From Bdellovibrionales bacterium (GTDB lineage Bacteria > Bdellovibrionota > Bdellovibrionia > Bdellovibrionales > UBA1609), in NCBI GenBank assembly GCA_041740515.1, contig JBGSLV010000036.1, positions 4,429 to 68,428 on the forward strand: a stretch of 64,000 bases of DNA. The letters are read 5' to 3'. Shown piece after piece: positions 18,875 to 29,234 of this stretch. Under the pieces are notes generated by a model. That model saw only the letters and a program-made list of their open reading frames with translations, made no database searches and had not been told where the DNA came from. How positions within the stretch are numbered: position 1 is the stretch's first letter; each line of letters begins with the position of its first letter. Made by a program: the position numbers and the translations under genes.

Positions 18875-21800
18875 TTAAAATACCGCCGCTAACCCTAAGC
18901 TTAAAGCTCGCCCCCGTTGAAAGCTTGATACCACAAAATCCCCTTGTGTGCGCGTCACATCTGGATCTAAAAGATTTTGAGCCCGGAAAGTTAAATTTAA
19001 ATTCTTTTTTATTTTTTGAATAATCGATAGATCTAGCTGATGGATCGGCTGCTCATAAGTATCTGGTCGCCCCCCATCCCCCACATCTGTAATTCGTGGT
19101 CCCACAATGTTATATACCAGGGTCGTATTTAAATTGTACCAGGGCAAAGTTACATCAACACCAAAATTTAATAAGTAGGGGGATTGACCTTGTAGTGGTC
19201 TGGAAAAAGTAGTGGAGTTTCCTTTCTCTTCAGCGGACAAACGAACCTGTGAAGCAATTAACGAATAATTGCTAAAAACTTCGGTATTAAATCCTGCACC
19301 TAAAAATTCCGTGATGTCTTTACGGATTTCAAATTCAATCCCCGAGTTACTGGCTTCACTGATATTTCGATATGATCTTATGGTATCCGTGGAATTGACC
19401 GCGTAAGCTTCAATTGGATTTTCAAAGTTTTTTAGAAATACACCAACTGAAAGTAATTCTTTGGAGGTTGGATACCAATCCCATCTAAAATCAAAGTTAG
19501 TTATCCCGGCGGCAACAAGATCAGGATTTCCTATTTCATAAATGTTGTCGTTATCATTTAAAAATCTTGCCGGTGACAACTCTTTGAAATCTGGCCTTGA
19601 TACTGTTTTGGTAAAACCAAATCTAAGAGAGTGCTTTTGACTTAAAGCAAAATTTAAACCTAATGAAGGCAGAAAATCATCGGTTGCAAGCGCAGTGTTT
19701 ACACTAGATGTTGAAGAGTTTAAATCAAATGTATTCACATTCTGAGTCGAGCGCTCGAGCCTTAGGCCATAAACAAGTTGGGGCTTGAAGTAGTCATAAC
19801 CTGTGGCTGTGTTATACTTAAAATTAAAAGTATTAGAAGCTTGGATATAAAATGCATTTACATCTTGATCGGCCAAATAATTATCCGTTGGTAGTGTTGA
19901 ATCAATTAGTCGAAAACCACCCGGCCTAATATTCTCATCACTTAAGATATCATCAAGGGCGTCTTGCCGATTATAGGCCACTTGCGAGCCCGCAGTAGAA
20001 TCATTCCTAAATTTGAATCTTCGAACGTTAAACTCTCGGTCTTTATTGATATTTTGAAAGCCTAATTTAAGTCCAACATCCATAAAGGCGGTGGCCGAAG
20101 TTTTAAGTCGAGCCTGACTTTCATAAGATATTTTAAAATCATTCAAAACTTCATTCAAAGCCGAAAAGCTTCGCTCATTGCCATACACTTTATCATCAGC
20201 AAACAATAACTGCTCATTGATTTTCAAATAGTAATACTCCCGAAAATCAGGTTCATCTAACTGCGCTTGGCTGTTAGTAAAACCCCATGTTAACTTAGGG
20301 CCTTTATCAGATGATGTAAATTTATGAACTCCTGAAATCTGCATGGTATTAAGTTCACGCTCTTGCCATCTTAGTCGATAAATATTTGCTGTATCGTCAA
20401 TATTATTTCTGCCATCTCGCTCTATGGCGACTGTCGAATTTAAACTAGAACGGGTAATTACTTGGGTCGCATTGATTTGATGGTTTTTAAAAATCTCTAA
20501 GCCTAAGCCAAAAATGCCACCAAAATTGATAGTATTTTCTGTCTGAGTATTATTGTCTTCAAGTCCAACAACCCCTTCACTTTGAGTCACCATGTCGACC
20601 CTTCGCTGCAAAATCAAATCTGTATCAGTGGCATTGGCATAGGCGAGCTTAGCTGTCCCACCAATTTTAAAAATATTTCCGCGCTTAAACCTATCCCCCA
20701 TTTCAAAGTTCATTCCAAAATTAGCCGGCAGCGAAGCTTCTTTGACATTATAATTTCGAGAAAAACTTTGACCTAAAGCTTCAATCTCTTCGCCCGTAAA
20801 ACCACTGCCATCATTCACTGCAAAAGGATTGTCATCCACAAGATTGTTGATATCTCGGTTTTGCTTTAAAACCGATTTCACAGCCTCTGGTAAGCCTCGA
20901 ATATTATTTTGATCATACCCCGTCCAATCGGAATTTGAATTGGCATGAAATAATCCACGCTCCTTTCCTGTTAATACGTCTTCGGAACTTACGCCTACAT
21001 TCACACTCATACGAGCAAAGGCCTGGTCAGGGATGGATTTGGTCGTAATGTTCACCACCCCGCCCCCAAACTCTGACAACTGATCAGCACTATAGGTTTT
21101 TTGTACTTCGATACTTTCTATGAGTGCAGACGGAAACATATCTAAGGGCACAACTCGTCTTGAAGGATCAGGGCTTGGCAACATACTTCCATTTAATAAT
21201 GTGGACGAGTACCGCTCCCCTAAGCCCCGAACATAAATATATTTTCCATCAACTAAACTTAAACCCGTCACACGCCTTAGAGCTGAAGCCGCACTGCTAT
21301 CCCCCGATTTTGCCATTTGCTCTGAACCTAAAAGATCTTTCACTGACATGGATGACTTTCGTTGATTTAACATCGAAGACACACTGCCCTTAACATGAGG
21401 TGCAATAACGGTAATTTGGTCCAAAGCAATTCCTGAAGGTTGAAGAGCCAATTCAAGTTTTGGATACTTTAAAGGCCAAGGAACTGATTCCGACCATGTC
21501 ACATAAGAGGCATGTACAACGGCCATTTCAATAACATTTTTAGTTAAATTAGATGAATTAAAACTAAGAACAAATTCACCTTGGTCATTTGTAATTGCTG
21601 TTAAATTTAAACTTGGAACTAAAACGTTAGCATTATTTATAGGTCGAAAGGATTCTTTATCCACAACTCGACCTTGAATTTTTGCATCGGTAGAATTTAA
21701 AGCTTTAATTTCGGTATTACTTGCAACGGCATTTTGAGGAAAATTTGAACCCGTACTTTCGGCATCTATAGAAGCCCTATTTAATGCTGAATATTTTGAT

Positions 21801-22435
21801 GCGTTTGAAGAGCTGCTCAAATTCATGACCGAAGGGTCAATTGAGTCTTCGGATTGAGAATTTGCAATTAAGGTTTTTGGGTGCTCGACTTGGACATTAA
21901 ATTCGTAGTCATCAAATGAAACTATGACTTGAGTTTCATTTTGGGCATAAACTGAAAATTTAACATTTCTAGTCAACTTATCTTTAAATTTATATTTTAA
22001 AACGTAAGACCCTTCCTGAAGTTGAGTGGTAAAAACTCCTTCATCAAGAACTTGATGAACCAAGATATCTTCATTTTCTTCTCGCTTTAGTGAAGTTACA
22101 GTTCCACTATCTTTAGATAGATCTTCGATTGATTCTGGATTCACCGGGGCTGATTTTACGGGTAAGATTTTAATATCGATATTTGAAGCCAAGTTATTGA
22201 ATTTAAAAAAATACAAAGTGATGGAACCAGATTTAGAGGGCTTAATTGGCTTTATTGAAGTCTTGGGATTTTGTAAGGAAGGATGGCTTCCTAAAAGATT
22301 TACGGCCAAAGAAAATTCGGGGGACTTCGATAGTGTATCTGCTAAAATTCTGGGGCTTATAGTAACCATACAACAAAAACTAATCCATGAAGTGAGGACT
22401 AATTGTCTTACACAGTAATTCAGCTTTAAGTTCAT
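18875..22435 (-). CDS. TonB-dependent outer-membrane receptor (SusC-like, with N-terminal CarboxypepD_reg-like domain)
   Basis: 'IQGRVVDKESFRPINNANVLV...DQGEFVL' (carboxypeptidase-regulatory-like). Plug motif 'VRGLGERYSSTLLNG'. C-terminal barrel ends in ...LAAVF. The Met at 22435 gives an ATGA overlap with the upstream TPR gene. Confidence 0.8.
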   Translation of the reverse strand: MNLKLNYCVRQLVLTSWISFCCMVTISPRILADTLSKSPEFSLAVNLLGSHPSLQNPKTSIKPIKPSKSGSITLYFFKFNNLASNIDIKILPVKSAPVNPESIEDLSKDSGTVTSLKREENEDILVHQVLDEGVFTTQLQEGSYVLKYKFKDKLTRNVKFSVYAQNETQVIVSFDDYEFNVQVEHPKTLIANSQSEDSIDPSVMNLSSSSNASKYSALNRASIDAESTGSNFPQNAVASNTEIKALNSTDAKIQGRVVDKESFRPINNANVLVPSLNLTAITNDQGEFVLSFNSSNLTKNVIEMAVVHASYVTWSESVPWPLKYPKLELALQPSGIALDQITVIAPHVKGSVSSMLNQRKSSMSVKDLLGSEQMAKSGDSSAASALRRVTGLSLVDGKYIYVRGLGERYSSTLLNGSMLPSPDPSRRVVPLDMFPSALIESIEVQKTYSADQLSEFGGGVVNITTKSIPDQAFARMSVNVGVSSEDVLTGKERGLFHANSNSDWTGYDQNNIRGLPEAVKSVLKQNRDINNLVDDNPFAVNDGSGFTGEEIEALGQSFSRNYNVKEASLPANFGMNFEMGDRFKRGNIFKIGGTAKLAYANATDTDLILQRRVDMVTQSEGVVGLEDNNTQTENTINFGGIFGLGLEIFKNHQINATQVITRSSLNSTVAIERDGRNNIDDTANIYRLRWQERELNTMQISGVHKFTSSDKGPKLTWGFTNSQAQLDEPDFREYYYLKINEQLLFADDKVYGNERSFSALNEVLNDFKISYESQARLKTSATAFMDVGLKLGFQNINKDREFNVRRFKFRNDSTAGSQVAYNRQDALDDILSDENIRPGGFRLIDSTLPTDNYLADQDVNAFYIQASNTFNFKYNTATGYDYFKPQLVYGLRLERSTQNVNTFDLNSSTSSVNTALATDDFLPSLGLNFALSQKHSLRFGFTKTVSRPDFKELSPARFLNDNDNIYEIGNPDLVAAGITNFDFRWDWYPTSKELLSVGVFLKNFENPIEAYAVNSTDTIRSYRNISEASNSGIEFEIRKDITEFLGAGFNTEVFSNYSLIASQVRLSAEEKGNSTTFSRPLQGQSPYLLNFGVDVTLPWYNLNTTLVYNIVGPRITDVGDGGRPDTYEQPIHQLDLSIIQKIKKNLNLTFRAQNLLDPDVTRTQGDFVVSSFQRGRALSLGLAAVF

Positions 22436-23643
22436 ATCAAACACTTCCAAGATCCATCTTCTGCACATTCTTGAGACCAGTCTTTGAGCTTGAGAGCTTT
22501 TTTAAACATTTCTGGCGTTTTAATTTGCTGCAAATATTGTTTAGCCTTTGTTACTTTACCAATTTTTACAGCACAGTAAGCCAAAGCATAAATTAGGGAC
22601 TCATCTTCGAGTAAACCTTGACGGTTCAATTCATCTTTTAAAAAATAGGCTTCGTGAAAATTTGCAGCTTTTATTTCTAAGGCGAATCTTTGTTTAGTTT
22701 TTTTCTTGGCATCAAGTACTTTCGAGTTAAAATATTTAGCTAAAACAAGATCATTGTTTTTAAGCAAAACCTCGGCGGCTTGATAAGCGTATTTGGCATC
22801 TAAATTCGCAGCTCGTAAATACAAATCTTTTGCGGGATAAAGGCTATTTTGAGCATAATATATATACGCCAATTCCGAAGTTATATCGGCATTTAGAGGA
22901 TTAACTGCAAGTTCAGCTTCAAGAAGTTTTTTTGCAAGATGTAATTCATTTTTTTGTTTTAAGAGATTAACTAAAAACAAAAAGTATGTCTGATCAAAAT
23001 CTTTAGTAGCAGATATTAAGCTTTGGCCTTCAAGATAAAGTTCATGCAATAGCCCAAGATCGGCAAAGTACAAAGCTTTTTGTTTGATGAGATTTGAACT
23101 TCTTGGGAACTTTTGTAAAGCTCGGCTTAATATATCAAAAGCCTTATCTTGTTTTTTTAAACCCCAATAACTACTACTTAAAATCAAGTAGGATTTTTCC
23201 GTTCGATTTTTTTGTAACCTTAACGCTGAAATAGCACTTTCAAATTCATTAAGTGCAAAGTGCGATTGCGCCATAAAAGTTGCTATGGGTGTTTGATAGT
23301 CAACTTCGCCGGTGGGGTTTATAAATTTTAATTTTTTTTCAGCCTGCCTGTAATACTCTAAAGCTTTCACATATTTTTTACTTTCAAAAGCCAACATGCC
23401 TTGATAAAAATAATATCGAACCTGATCCAATGGATTTAAATGAGCAAGATTTATAGACTTAAATAAAGTTTTAGCTTTTTTAAATTCAGAATTTTTTATC
23501 AACACTTCGATAGAATTAACTTCGATTGATGGTTTTAAATCAGTCTGAACAGATGGACTTTTTATCTTAGCCAAAACTTCAAATGGTGTAATAAATCCAA
23601 GGATGAACCAAAGCAGCATCACATAACTAAAAATAGCTTTCAT
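22432..23643 (-). CDS. TPR-repeat periplasmic protein (TtpD-like accessory protein of TonB2-type systems)
   Basis: Signal peptide and multiple 34-aa TPR-like helical repeats (AL.YY..A). Sits between tonB and the receptor gene. Confidence 0.6.
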   Translation of the reverse strand: MKAIFSYVMLLWFILGFITPFEVLAKIKSPSVQTDLKPSIEVNSIEVLIKNSEFKKAKTLFKSINLAHLNPLDQVRYYFYQGMLAFESKKYVKALEYYRQAEKKLKFINPTGEVDYQTPIATFMAQSHFALNEFESAISALRLQKNRTEKSYLILSSSYWGLKKQDKAFDILSRALQKFPRSSNLIKQKALYFADLGLLHELYLEGQSLISATKDFDQTYFLFLVNLLKQKNELHLAKKLLEAELAVNPLNADITSELAYIYYAQNSLYPAKDLYLRAANLDAKYAYQAAEVLLKNNDLVLAKYFNSKVLDAKKKTKQRFALEIKAANFHEAYFLKDELNRQGLLEDESLIYALAYCAVKIGKVTKAKQYLQQIKTPEMFKKALKLKDWSQECAEDGSWKCLI

Positions 23644-23670
23644 AAGTTTTTAGTTCTCCTAATCATTCAA

Positions 23671-24312
23671 CTACTCAAGTGCAAAATTAATGGTTTGATT
23701 CAACCAAACGGCAACCTTTTTACCTTTGTACTCTGCGGGTTGAAAGCGCCATTGACTGACACTGGCTTGAGCTGCGGCTTCAAAGACACCCTTGGGACTA
23801 GCTTTCAGTATATTAACTTTTTCAACTTGACCTAACTCACTGACCAATAAACTGACTTCGACAAAACCTTGAATGCCTTTCTCTGCGGCTGAAGCCGGAT
23901 AATTAAGTTCAGGCTGAGTTAAAGATTTTGGCAAAACATCAACGGCTTGAGCCGACATCACGCCGTCATTAGCGCCATTAAGCAATGCTTGACCTGCACT
24001 TAAATCCAATTCAAGGGAAGGTAAGCCAAATGAAAATCCCTCTAGCACTTGATCTAGCTCTGGGCTTAGGTCAGAGCTTTTTTTTGGTTCTGTCGAGGCC
24101 TTAGGTTGTTCTTGCGCTTGTTTTTTTTCTAAAACTTCAAATCGAGTCGTCGATTTTGCAGCATAATTTTTATTAAACGATTTTTTTTGGTTTAAGTACT
24201 GCAGCAAGGCTAAAATTAAAAACGTACATACTAAGCCAAATAGTGTGGCTTGCAGATAAATTTTAGTTGTAGGTTTAACATGATTAAAAATCATTATATC
24301 CTTAAGCTCCAA
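23671..24312 (-). CDS. tonB: energy transducer TonB
   Basis: N-terminal TM, charged linker, and TonB C-terminal domain 'PELNYPASAAEKGIQGFVEVSLLVSELGQVEKVNILKASP'. Confidence 0.75.
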   Translation of the reverse strand: MELKDIMIFNHVKPTTKIYLQATLFGLVCTFLILALLQYLNQKKSFNKNYAAKSTTRFEVLEKKQAQEQPKASTEPKKSSDLSPELDQVLEGFSFGLPSLELDLSAGQALLNGANDGVMSAQAVDVLPKSLTQPELNYPASAAEKGIQGFVEVSLLVSELGQVEKVNILKASPKGVFEAAAQASVSQWRFQPAEYKGKKVAVWLNQTINFALE

Positions 24313-24715
24313 ACTCTTGATCTGTGGCTACACCAATATCTTTAGCACCAGCCAAACGACACTGATCAACCACTTCAATTAAAAGCTCTGACTCCACACT
24401 TTTATCAACCAAAACTAAAATAGGACTGTTTTTGTCTTCTTTTAAGGCTTCACGAATTCGACTCTGAATCATCCAAGCTTTGACGGCTTCACCATTTACA
24501 TAAATGTTTTTAAGAGGATCAATAGTGACACGAATAGATTTTGTGTCGGCGCTTTCGGCACTTGAAGCTCCTGGTCGGTCTAAGTCAATTTTCATATCTT
24601 TAACAAATGTCGTGCTGACCATAAAAAAGATTAATAAAATAAAAACCATATCCACTAAAGATGTGACATCGACAGAATCCGTACTCTCTTCAACCCTTTG
24701 TCTTGATCGTTTCAT
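24302..24715 (-). CDS. exbD: biopolymer transport protein ExbD/TolR
   Basis: 'VDVTSLVDMVFILLIFFMVSTTF' single TM plus periplasmic domain. Overlaps tonB by 11 nt. Confidence 0.8.
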   Translation of the reverse strand: MKRSRQRVEESTDSVDVTSLVDMVFILLIFFMVSTTFVKDMKIDLDRPGASSAESADTKSIRVTIDPLKNIYVNGEAVKAWMIQSRIREALKEDKNSPILVLVDKSVESELLIEVVDQCRLAGAKDIGVATDQEFGA

Positions 24716-24757
24716 ATTCTAATCCTTTAAAAAAGAATTTTACTTAAAAACTAGTAT

Positions 24758-25213
24758 TTAAGTTTTGGATATTCCTTGGATAATGGGTGGAAAAGCTAAC
24801 TTATTTATGCGGGTTTCAATAAATTTACTAAATAATAAACCTGGAGCTGAAATCACCAATCCCATCTGTGTGGTAAATAGAGCTTTAGAGATTCCTGAAG
24901 CTATGCCTCCAGACTGACTGTATAACTGCATTGATCCCATGGAATCAAAAGTTTCAATCATTCCGGAAACAGTTCCTAACAAACCCAAAAGTGGAGCCAC
25001 CATCAATAAACTTTTAATCAGTGAGGTGTATTGATCTTGATGGGTTTGATATAGCCTTTGATCTTCATAATCAAAGGTGTGAGATTTAATTTGATGATTA
25101 AAATATTGGTATAGACAAAATCGAAAGCCTAAACAAAACCACAGGATTAGAGCCGCTAGACCTAAGGGCCACATCACCCAACCCCCATCTATAAAAAAAT
25201 CTATGAAAAACAT
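24758..25213 (-). CDS. exbB: MotA/TolQ/ExbB proton-channel protein (short form)
   Basis: 'PLLGLLGTVSGMIETF...ISKALFTTQMGLVISAPGLLF' signature. Confidence 0.8.
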   Translation of the reverse strand: MFFIDFFIDGGWVMWPLGLAALILWFCLGFRFCLYQYFNHQIKSHTFDYEDQRLYQTHQDQYTSLIKSLLMVAPLLGLLGTVSGMIETFDSMGSMQLYSQSGGIASGISKALFTTQMGLVISAPGLLFSKFIETRINKLAFPPIIQGISKT

Positions 25214-25216
25214 TTT

Positions 25217-26584
25217 CTAAGACTCCGAAGTTGTGGCATCAAAAATTTCAAATAAATTTCTTGAAATTCGTTTAGCCCAAGAGTTCAACCAGTTGCCTAA
25301 AAGCAAACAAGGTATTGCTACTATCAAACCAAACTCTGTTGTTACTAAAGCTTCAGAAATTCCACCAGATAGCATCTTCGGATTACCTGTTCCAATCTCG
25401 GTGATGACATCAAAGGTTGCAATCATACCAGTCACTGTTCCCAGCAAACCTAACAGCGGACCTACGGCTGCGATTCCCAGTAGCACCGGAGCATAAGCCA
25501 TAATTTTTTGATCTAAAGAAAGAATCAATGTCTCAGCTTCAATTTTGGCATTTTTAATATTTAAATATTTAAGTTCAGCATACAAAGGGCCAAGAGCAGG
25601 ATGCTGTTCCCATTTTTTGGCAATCTCTTGGCTGTTGTCTTTGGTGCTATTTTTAGCATTTATGGCTTTTATAAACTCACTCTTTATCTCATCATCAAAG
25701 TTGTATTTTCTTAATATAAAAAATCTTTTAACAGCCACTACTAAGCCAAATAGCCCAAAGATAATGATGACGTACCCAATCAATCCACCCGCATTTAAAA
25801 CATCATTCAAACTTTTTTCTAGTTTAGCTTCAAAGGGTTTATTGATAGAGTCATAAATAAAAAACTTTTGTGAATCTTGAGGCTGACTCACTAAAGGATC
25901 AAAAGGCTTCGTGGTTTCCACCACTTTAAGGTGGCCCAAACCGGCCGGAGCCAAAAGTCCCATGCCACTGGTTGTATTGCCATTATCAGTGTGATTTACG
26001 GCCATTGATGAGATTAAGCCAAACTGTAAAACATCAGCAGATATTTTTTTTCCTTTTATATCAAAGATATCCATACTTACTTTCTGCACTGAGTCCGTAG
26101 TTGCTAGTAAACTTTCGGCTTCCATAAATGCTTGCTTTAAGACTTCTACTTTACTAGCTCCAGATTCAGAACCTGTGATTGTATATCCATAGCTTTTTAA
26201 AGTTTCCGTAGTTTGCTGAGCCAAAGCTTGTAATTTTCGATCTTCAGATTCTGACTTTTCAATCAACTGTTGATACGTCTGATAAGCGGCAAGCTGATTT
26301 TCGGTTTTTGCTTCTAATGAAGATAGCTCTGCCAGCTGACGAACGACTTTGGATTCAAGTTCTTTGATGGAAGATTTTAGCTCGTTAATTGTTTGTTCTT
26401 TAGCTTTCAATAAATTATTTTTTTGCGTGTTTAAATAAATATACTCCCGCTGGTAAGCTTCTTGCAATTTAATATCAGAAGCTTGGGCCGATAAATTTGT
26501 CAGCCAAGGCAAAAAGAAAATAAACCCAAAGTTTTTTAAATCTTTGAGCCCACAAACAAATAATTTAAATTTAGGCCTGATCAT
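25217..26584 (-). CDS. long MotA/TolQ/ExbB-family protein with ~280-aa N-terminal coiled-coil periplasmic extension (TtpC-like)
   Basis: C-terminus 'GPLLGLLGTVTGMIATF...GISEALVTTEFGLIVAIPCLL' matches ExbB. Signal peptide and long N-terminal domain match the TtpC architecture of Vibrio TonB2 systems. Confidence 0.7.
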   Translation of the reverse strand: MIRPKFKLFVCGLKDLKNFGFIFFLPWLTNLSAQASDIKLQEAYQREYIYLNTQKNNLLKAKEQTINELKSSIKELESKVVRQLAELSSLEAKTENQLAAYQTYQQLIEKSESEDRKLQALAQQTTETLKSYGYTITGSESGASKVEVLKQAFMEAESLLATTDSVQKVSMDIFDIKGKKISADVLQFGLISSMAVNHTDNGNTTSGMGLLAPAGLGHLKVVETTKPFDPLVSQPQDSQKFFIYDSINKPFEAKLEKSLNDVLNAGGLIGYVIIIFGLFGLVVAVKRFFILRKYNFDDEIKSEFIKAINAKNSTKDNSQEIAKKWEQHPALGPLYAELKYLNIKNAKIEAETLILSLDQKIMAYAPVLLGIAAVGPLLGLLGTVTGMIATFDVITEIGTGNPKMLSGGISEALVTTEFGLIVAIPCLLLGNWLNSWAKRISRNLFEIFDATTSES

Positions 26585-27374
26585 TTTTTTCTCCCCTTTT
26601 TACATTTTGCTTAGGATTGGGTGTGCTGGATTTAATTGGAATTTTGGGAAATTCAAAATAGCCTGTTCGTATTTGTTTTTTTAAGCTTGAAAAAAAACTT
26701 TCAATGAGAAGACTTGATTGCGAATTCGGCAAAATTTTGGGCGTCCAGCCTTCAGGACTTAAGTGGATATATCCAAGCTCGCCGTTGGACAGTTTGTAAA
26801 ACATCATTAGCATTCCCACTTTAGCCACTTCAACAAGTGTGGGCTGACCGGCTAAATCAATAACATCTTTATCTATACTGATATCTTTTGCCAGTTGGAT
26901 TTCGTCTTCGACATGTGACCACAATAATTGCAAAGTTTTTTCTGGAGTATTTTTAGTTTGTAAAAAATCATTTTTTATCTGTTCAAGGGACTGTAAGCGC
27001 TCTGTTCTCTTGAATGGTAAGGATTTCTTAAGCCTTGCCGTTTCGAAATCCATAAATTGAGCTATAATTTTGTCAAATTCTGGATTTTTAAGGTCTTTTA
27101 AATTTTTGGCTTTCGCAATTTTGTCATTAATGGCATTTAGTTGCAGGTTTTGACGACGTAGCTTTGAATCTAAATCCATTTTTTCTAAAGCTAATGTTTG
27201 AATTTTTGCTTTTAGAAGTTCTTTTTCAGTTTTAAAATCATCACTTAAAGCGCCGACTTCATCACGAAGCTGCATGATTTTGGTTGCGAAGTCTGTTGAT
27301 GAAAAGGCATAAAATGGAATGTATAATACTAATACTATTAAACAGAGATACCAAAACTTTATCATCAGACACAT
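26571..27374 (-). CDS. coiled-coil periplasmic protein (DUF3450/TtpB-like)
   Basis: Signal anchor plus coiled-coil region. First gene of the cluster, overlapping the next gene by 14 nt. Confidence 0.5.
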   Translation of the reverse strand: MCLMIKFWYLCLIVLVLYIPFYAFSSTDFATKIMQLRDEVGALSDDFKTEKELLKAKIQTLALEKMDLDSKLRRQNLQLNAINDKIAKAKNLKDLKNPEFDKIIAQFMDFETARLKKSLPFKRTERLQSLEQIKNDFLQTKNTPEKTLQLLWSHVEDEIQLAKDISIDKDVIDLAGQPTLVEVAKVGMLMMFYKLSNGELGYIHLSPEGWTPKILPNSQSSLLIESFFSSLKKQIRTGYFEFPKIPIKSSTPNPKQNVKRGEKNDQA

Positions 27375-27405
27375 CCTTATAAATAAAAAAATTAAAACTG
27401 AACTT

Positions 27406-27442
27406 AAAAAAGCACCTGCATTTTTTAAAAGATGCAGGTGCT
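27406..27442 (-). terminator. rho-independent terminator (11-bp stem AGCACCTGCAT/ATGCAGGTGCT, then U-run on the minus strand)
   Basis: Perfect inverted repeat 27411-27421/27432-27442. The minus-strand transcript has TTTTT immediately 3' of the stem. Confidence 0.7.
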
Positions 27443-27492
27443 TGAAGTCATAAGCTTTAGGATTGAAGAATAACCAACTGATCCTTTAAAAT

Positions 27493-28815
27493 TTAGTTTT
27501 GGGCCGAAGTTGTCCAACCTTCAAACCAAAGATCAGAAGCGTCTTTAACAGCTCCGACATAATCCGTTGGTATGATGGCCGCACTAAACTGCGGTACTAC
27601 TAAATTTTGAAGTTGTATTGGGTTTATAGCTGCAAATCCAGACATTGCTACGCTAAACCCAACTTTATTGCCAGCTTGTGCTGTAAACCAGTCTTGAAGT
27701 AACCATGGCTCGTCTTTTTCTAAAGGCGTAACATCTTGAGCACAAGATACATACACATTTTCAAATACGATTCCAGGTTGACGATTATTTTCGCTACTAC
27801 CTTCTAAAGCATTTCTAAATGTTTCATTGTCATCGATATCAATGCAAGAACTTTTAAAACCACTCACGATTGAATTATAGATGTAAGCGCCTGTGCCTTT
27901 TCGTAATAAAATTCCTGAACCACCAGTAGCTGTAGCACCAGTTGTGCCTAACAAAGTCATATTCGATAATGTTGGAGCCGAACGAGGCATTCTATCCATT
28001 GGTGAATCTGAATTGTCTGCTTCAATTCCATGATTGGCAGCATCGTCAAACTGTTTAATAATTACAAACTGCGCACTACCTTTCCAGCCAGCAACCCAGT
28101 CCATCGAATCATCTTTGATGCCCGTTAACACTAAATGTTTAACATTTACATTGCCGCCGTAGAATTCAACGCCATCATCAGAGTTCATGTGAACTTGAAC
28201 AAAGTCTACTAAAGTTCCACGACCAACGCCTTGAAAGGAAATACCATTTAATTCGTTGTCAGGAGTTATTTCAGAACCAGCCCATTCTACAACCACAAAA
28301 TTTAAGACACCACTGCTATCGTCTTCAAGTGGTCCACCATAATTTCCAGTAGAGCCTTCACCTGATAATTCACAAATTCCTACATCACAGCCATTAACTG
28401 GTGCATTGCCATTGATTATTAAACCACCCCAAGATCCACGAGCTCTATTGGTTTGTTTGGCAGCTGTAAAGACAACGGGTTCTGTTTTAGTTCCTTGAGC
28501 CATAATTTGCGCGCCACGATCAATGACTAAAAAATCTTTAGTTGTTTGACCGTAAACTTTGGTACCTTTTTCTATTGTTAATTTTACTTTGGACTCAGAT
28601 GAGTCTGTGATCATTTTGTTAGAACCCACAAAAACGCCACCGGACAAAATCCAATTTTTCGAACTGTCTAAAGTTAAATCGGTAGTGATATTTCCTGCTA
28701 GTACACAAGAGTCTTTACCAAAAGCTTTTGGACCAGATGTTGTACCTGTAGGACACACAGCAAATGCTGCACTTCCAAGTGTTAATGATAATAAAATGGC
28801 TATTTTAGAATACAT
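27493..28815 (-). CDS. secreted hypothetical protein, Gly/Asn-rich, possibly beta-helical (440 aa)
   Basis: Signal peptide MYSKIAILLSLTLGSAAFA, GGGGGGA-type RBS, own terminator. Confidence 0.55.
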   Translation of the reverse strand: MYSKIAILLSLTLGSAAFAVCPTGTTSGPKAFGKDSCVLAGNITTDLTLDSSKNWILSGGVFVGSNKMITDSSESKVKLTIEKGTKVYGQTTKDFLVIDRGAQIMAQGTKTEPVVFTAAKQTNRARGSWGGLIINGNAPVNGCDVGICELSGEGSTGNYGGPLEDDSSGVLNFVVVEWAGSEITPDNELNGISFQGVGRGTLVDFVQVHMNSDDGVEFYGGNVNVKHLVLTGIKDDSMDWVAGWKGSAQFVIIKQFDDAANHGIEADNSDSPMDRMPRSAPTLSNMTLLGTTGATATGGSGILLRKGTGAYIYNSIVSGFKSSCIDIDDNETFRNALEGSSENNRQPGIVFENVYVSCAQDVTPLEKDEPWLLQDWFTAQAGNKVGFSVAMSGFAAINPIQLQNLVVPQFSAAIIPTDYVGAVKDASDLWFEGWTTSAQN

Positions 28816-29051
28816 AATCCCCCCGTGAGATATTCATTAATTATTAAATTTTGTTCTTACGGGCTTGAAGTTAATTGAGACTTGGTTTTTTAGTCATGTT
28901 AAGAAAGGGTCAACCGAGTTTCTTAACAACTTCTTAATTTTTGTTTTAAATTTTGACTAGATCTTAACGCTTAATCTTGTTTTATAAGATTTGATTTAAA
29001 ATCTGAAATGACACAAGCATTAAAAGTTTATTTTTTGTAAAGATGGATTTT

Positions 29052-29084
29052 AAAAAAAAAGCCACATGTTTGAACATGTGGCTT
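29052..29084 (-). terminator. rho-independent terminator (GCCACATG..CATGTGGC stem followed by a 9-nt U-run on the minus strand)
   Basis: Inverted repeat 29061-29068/29075-29082 with A9 on the plus strand upstream (= U9 after the stem on the minus strand). Confidence 0.65.
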
Positions 29085-29234
29085 GATACTAATAAATTTT
29101 AATCATTAAAAAAATTTACTTAATAAATATTATAATAGGGTTGCAACAATTTATTTTCGTCTGTGTTAGCTTTTAGTCGCTTTGTAATTCAACGAAGGCG
29201 ATATAAATCATAACACCATTAACTTGCCACTCGT

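Noticed and set aside
25233-25856. Plus-strand ORFs 25233-25496 and 25545-25856
   Set aside because: Antisense to the long ExbB-like gene, whose frame carries the conserved MotA/TolQ/ExbB motifs.
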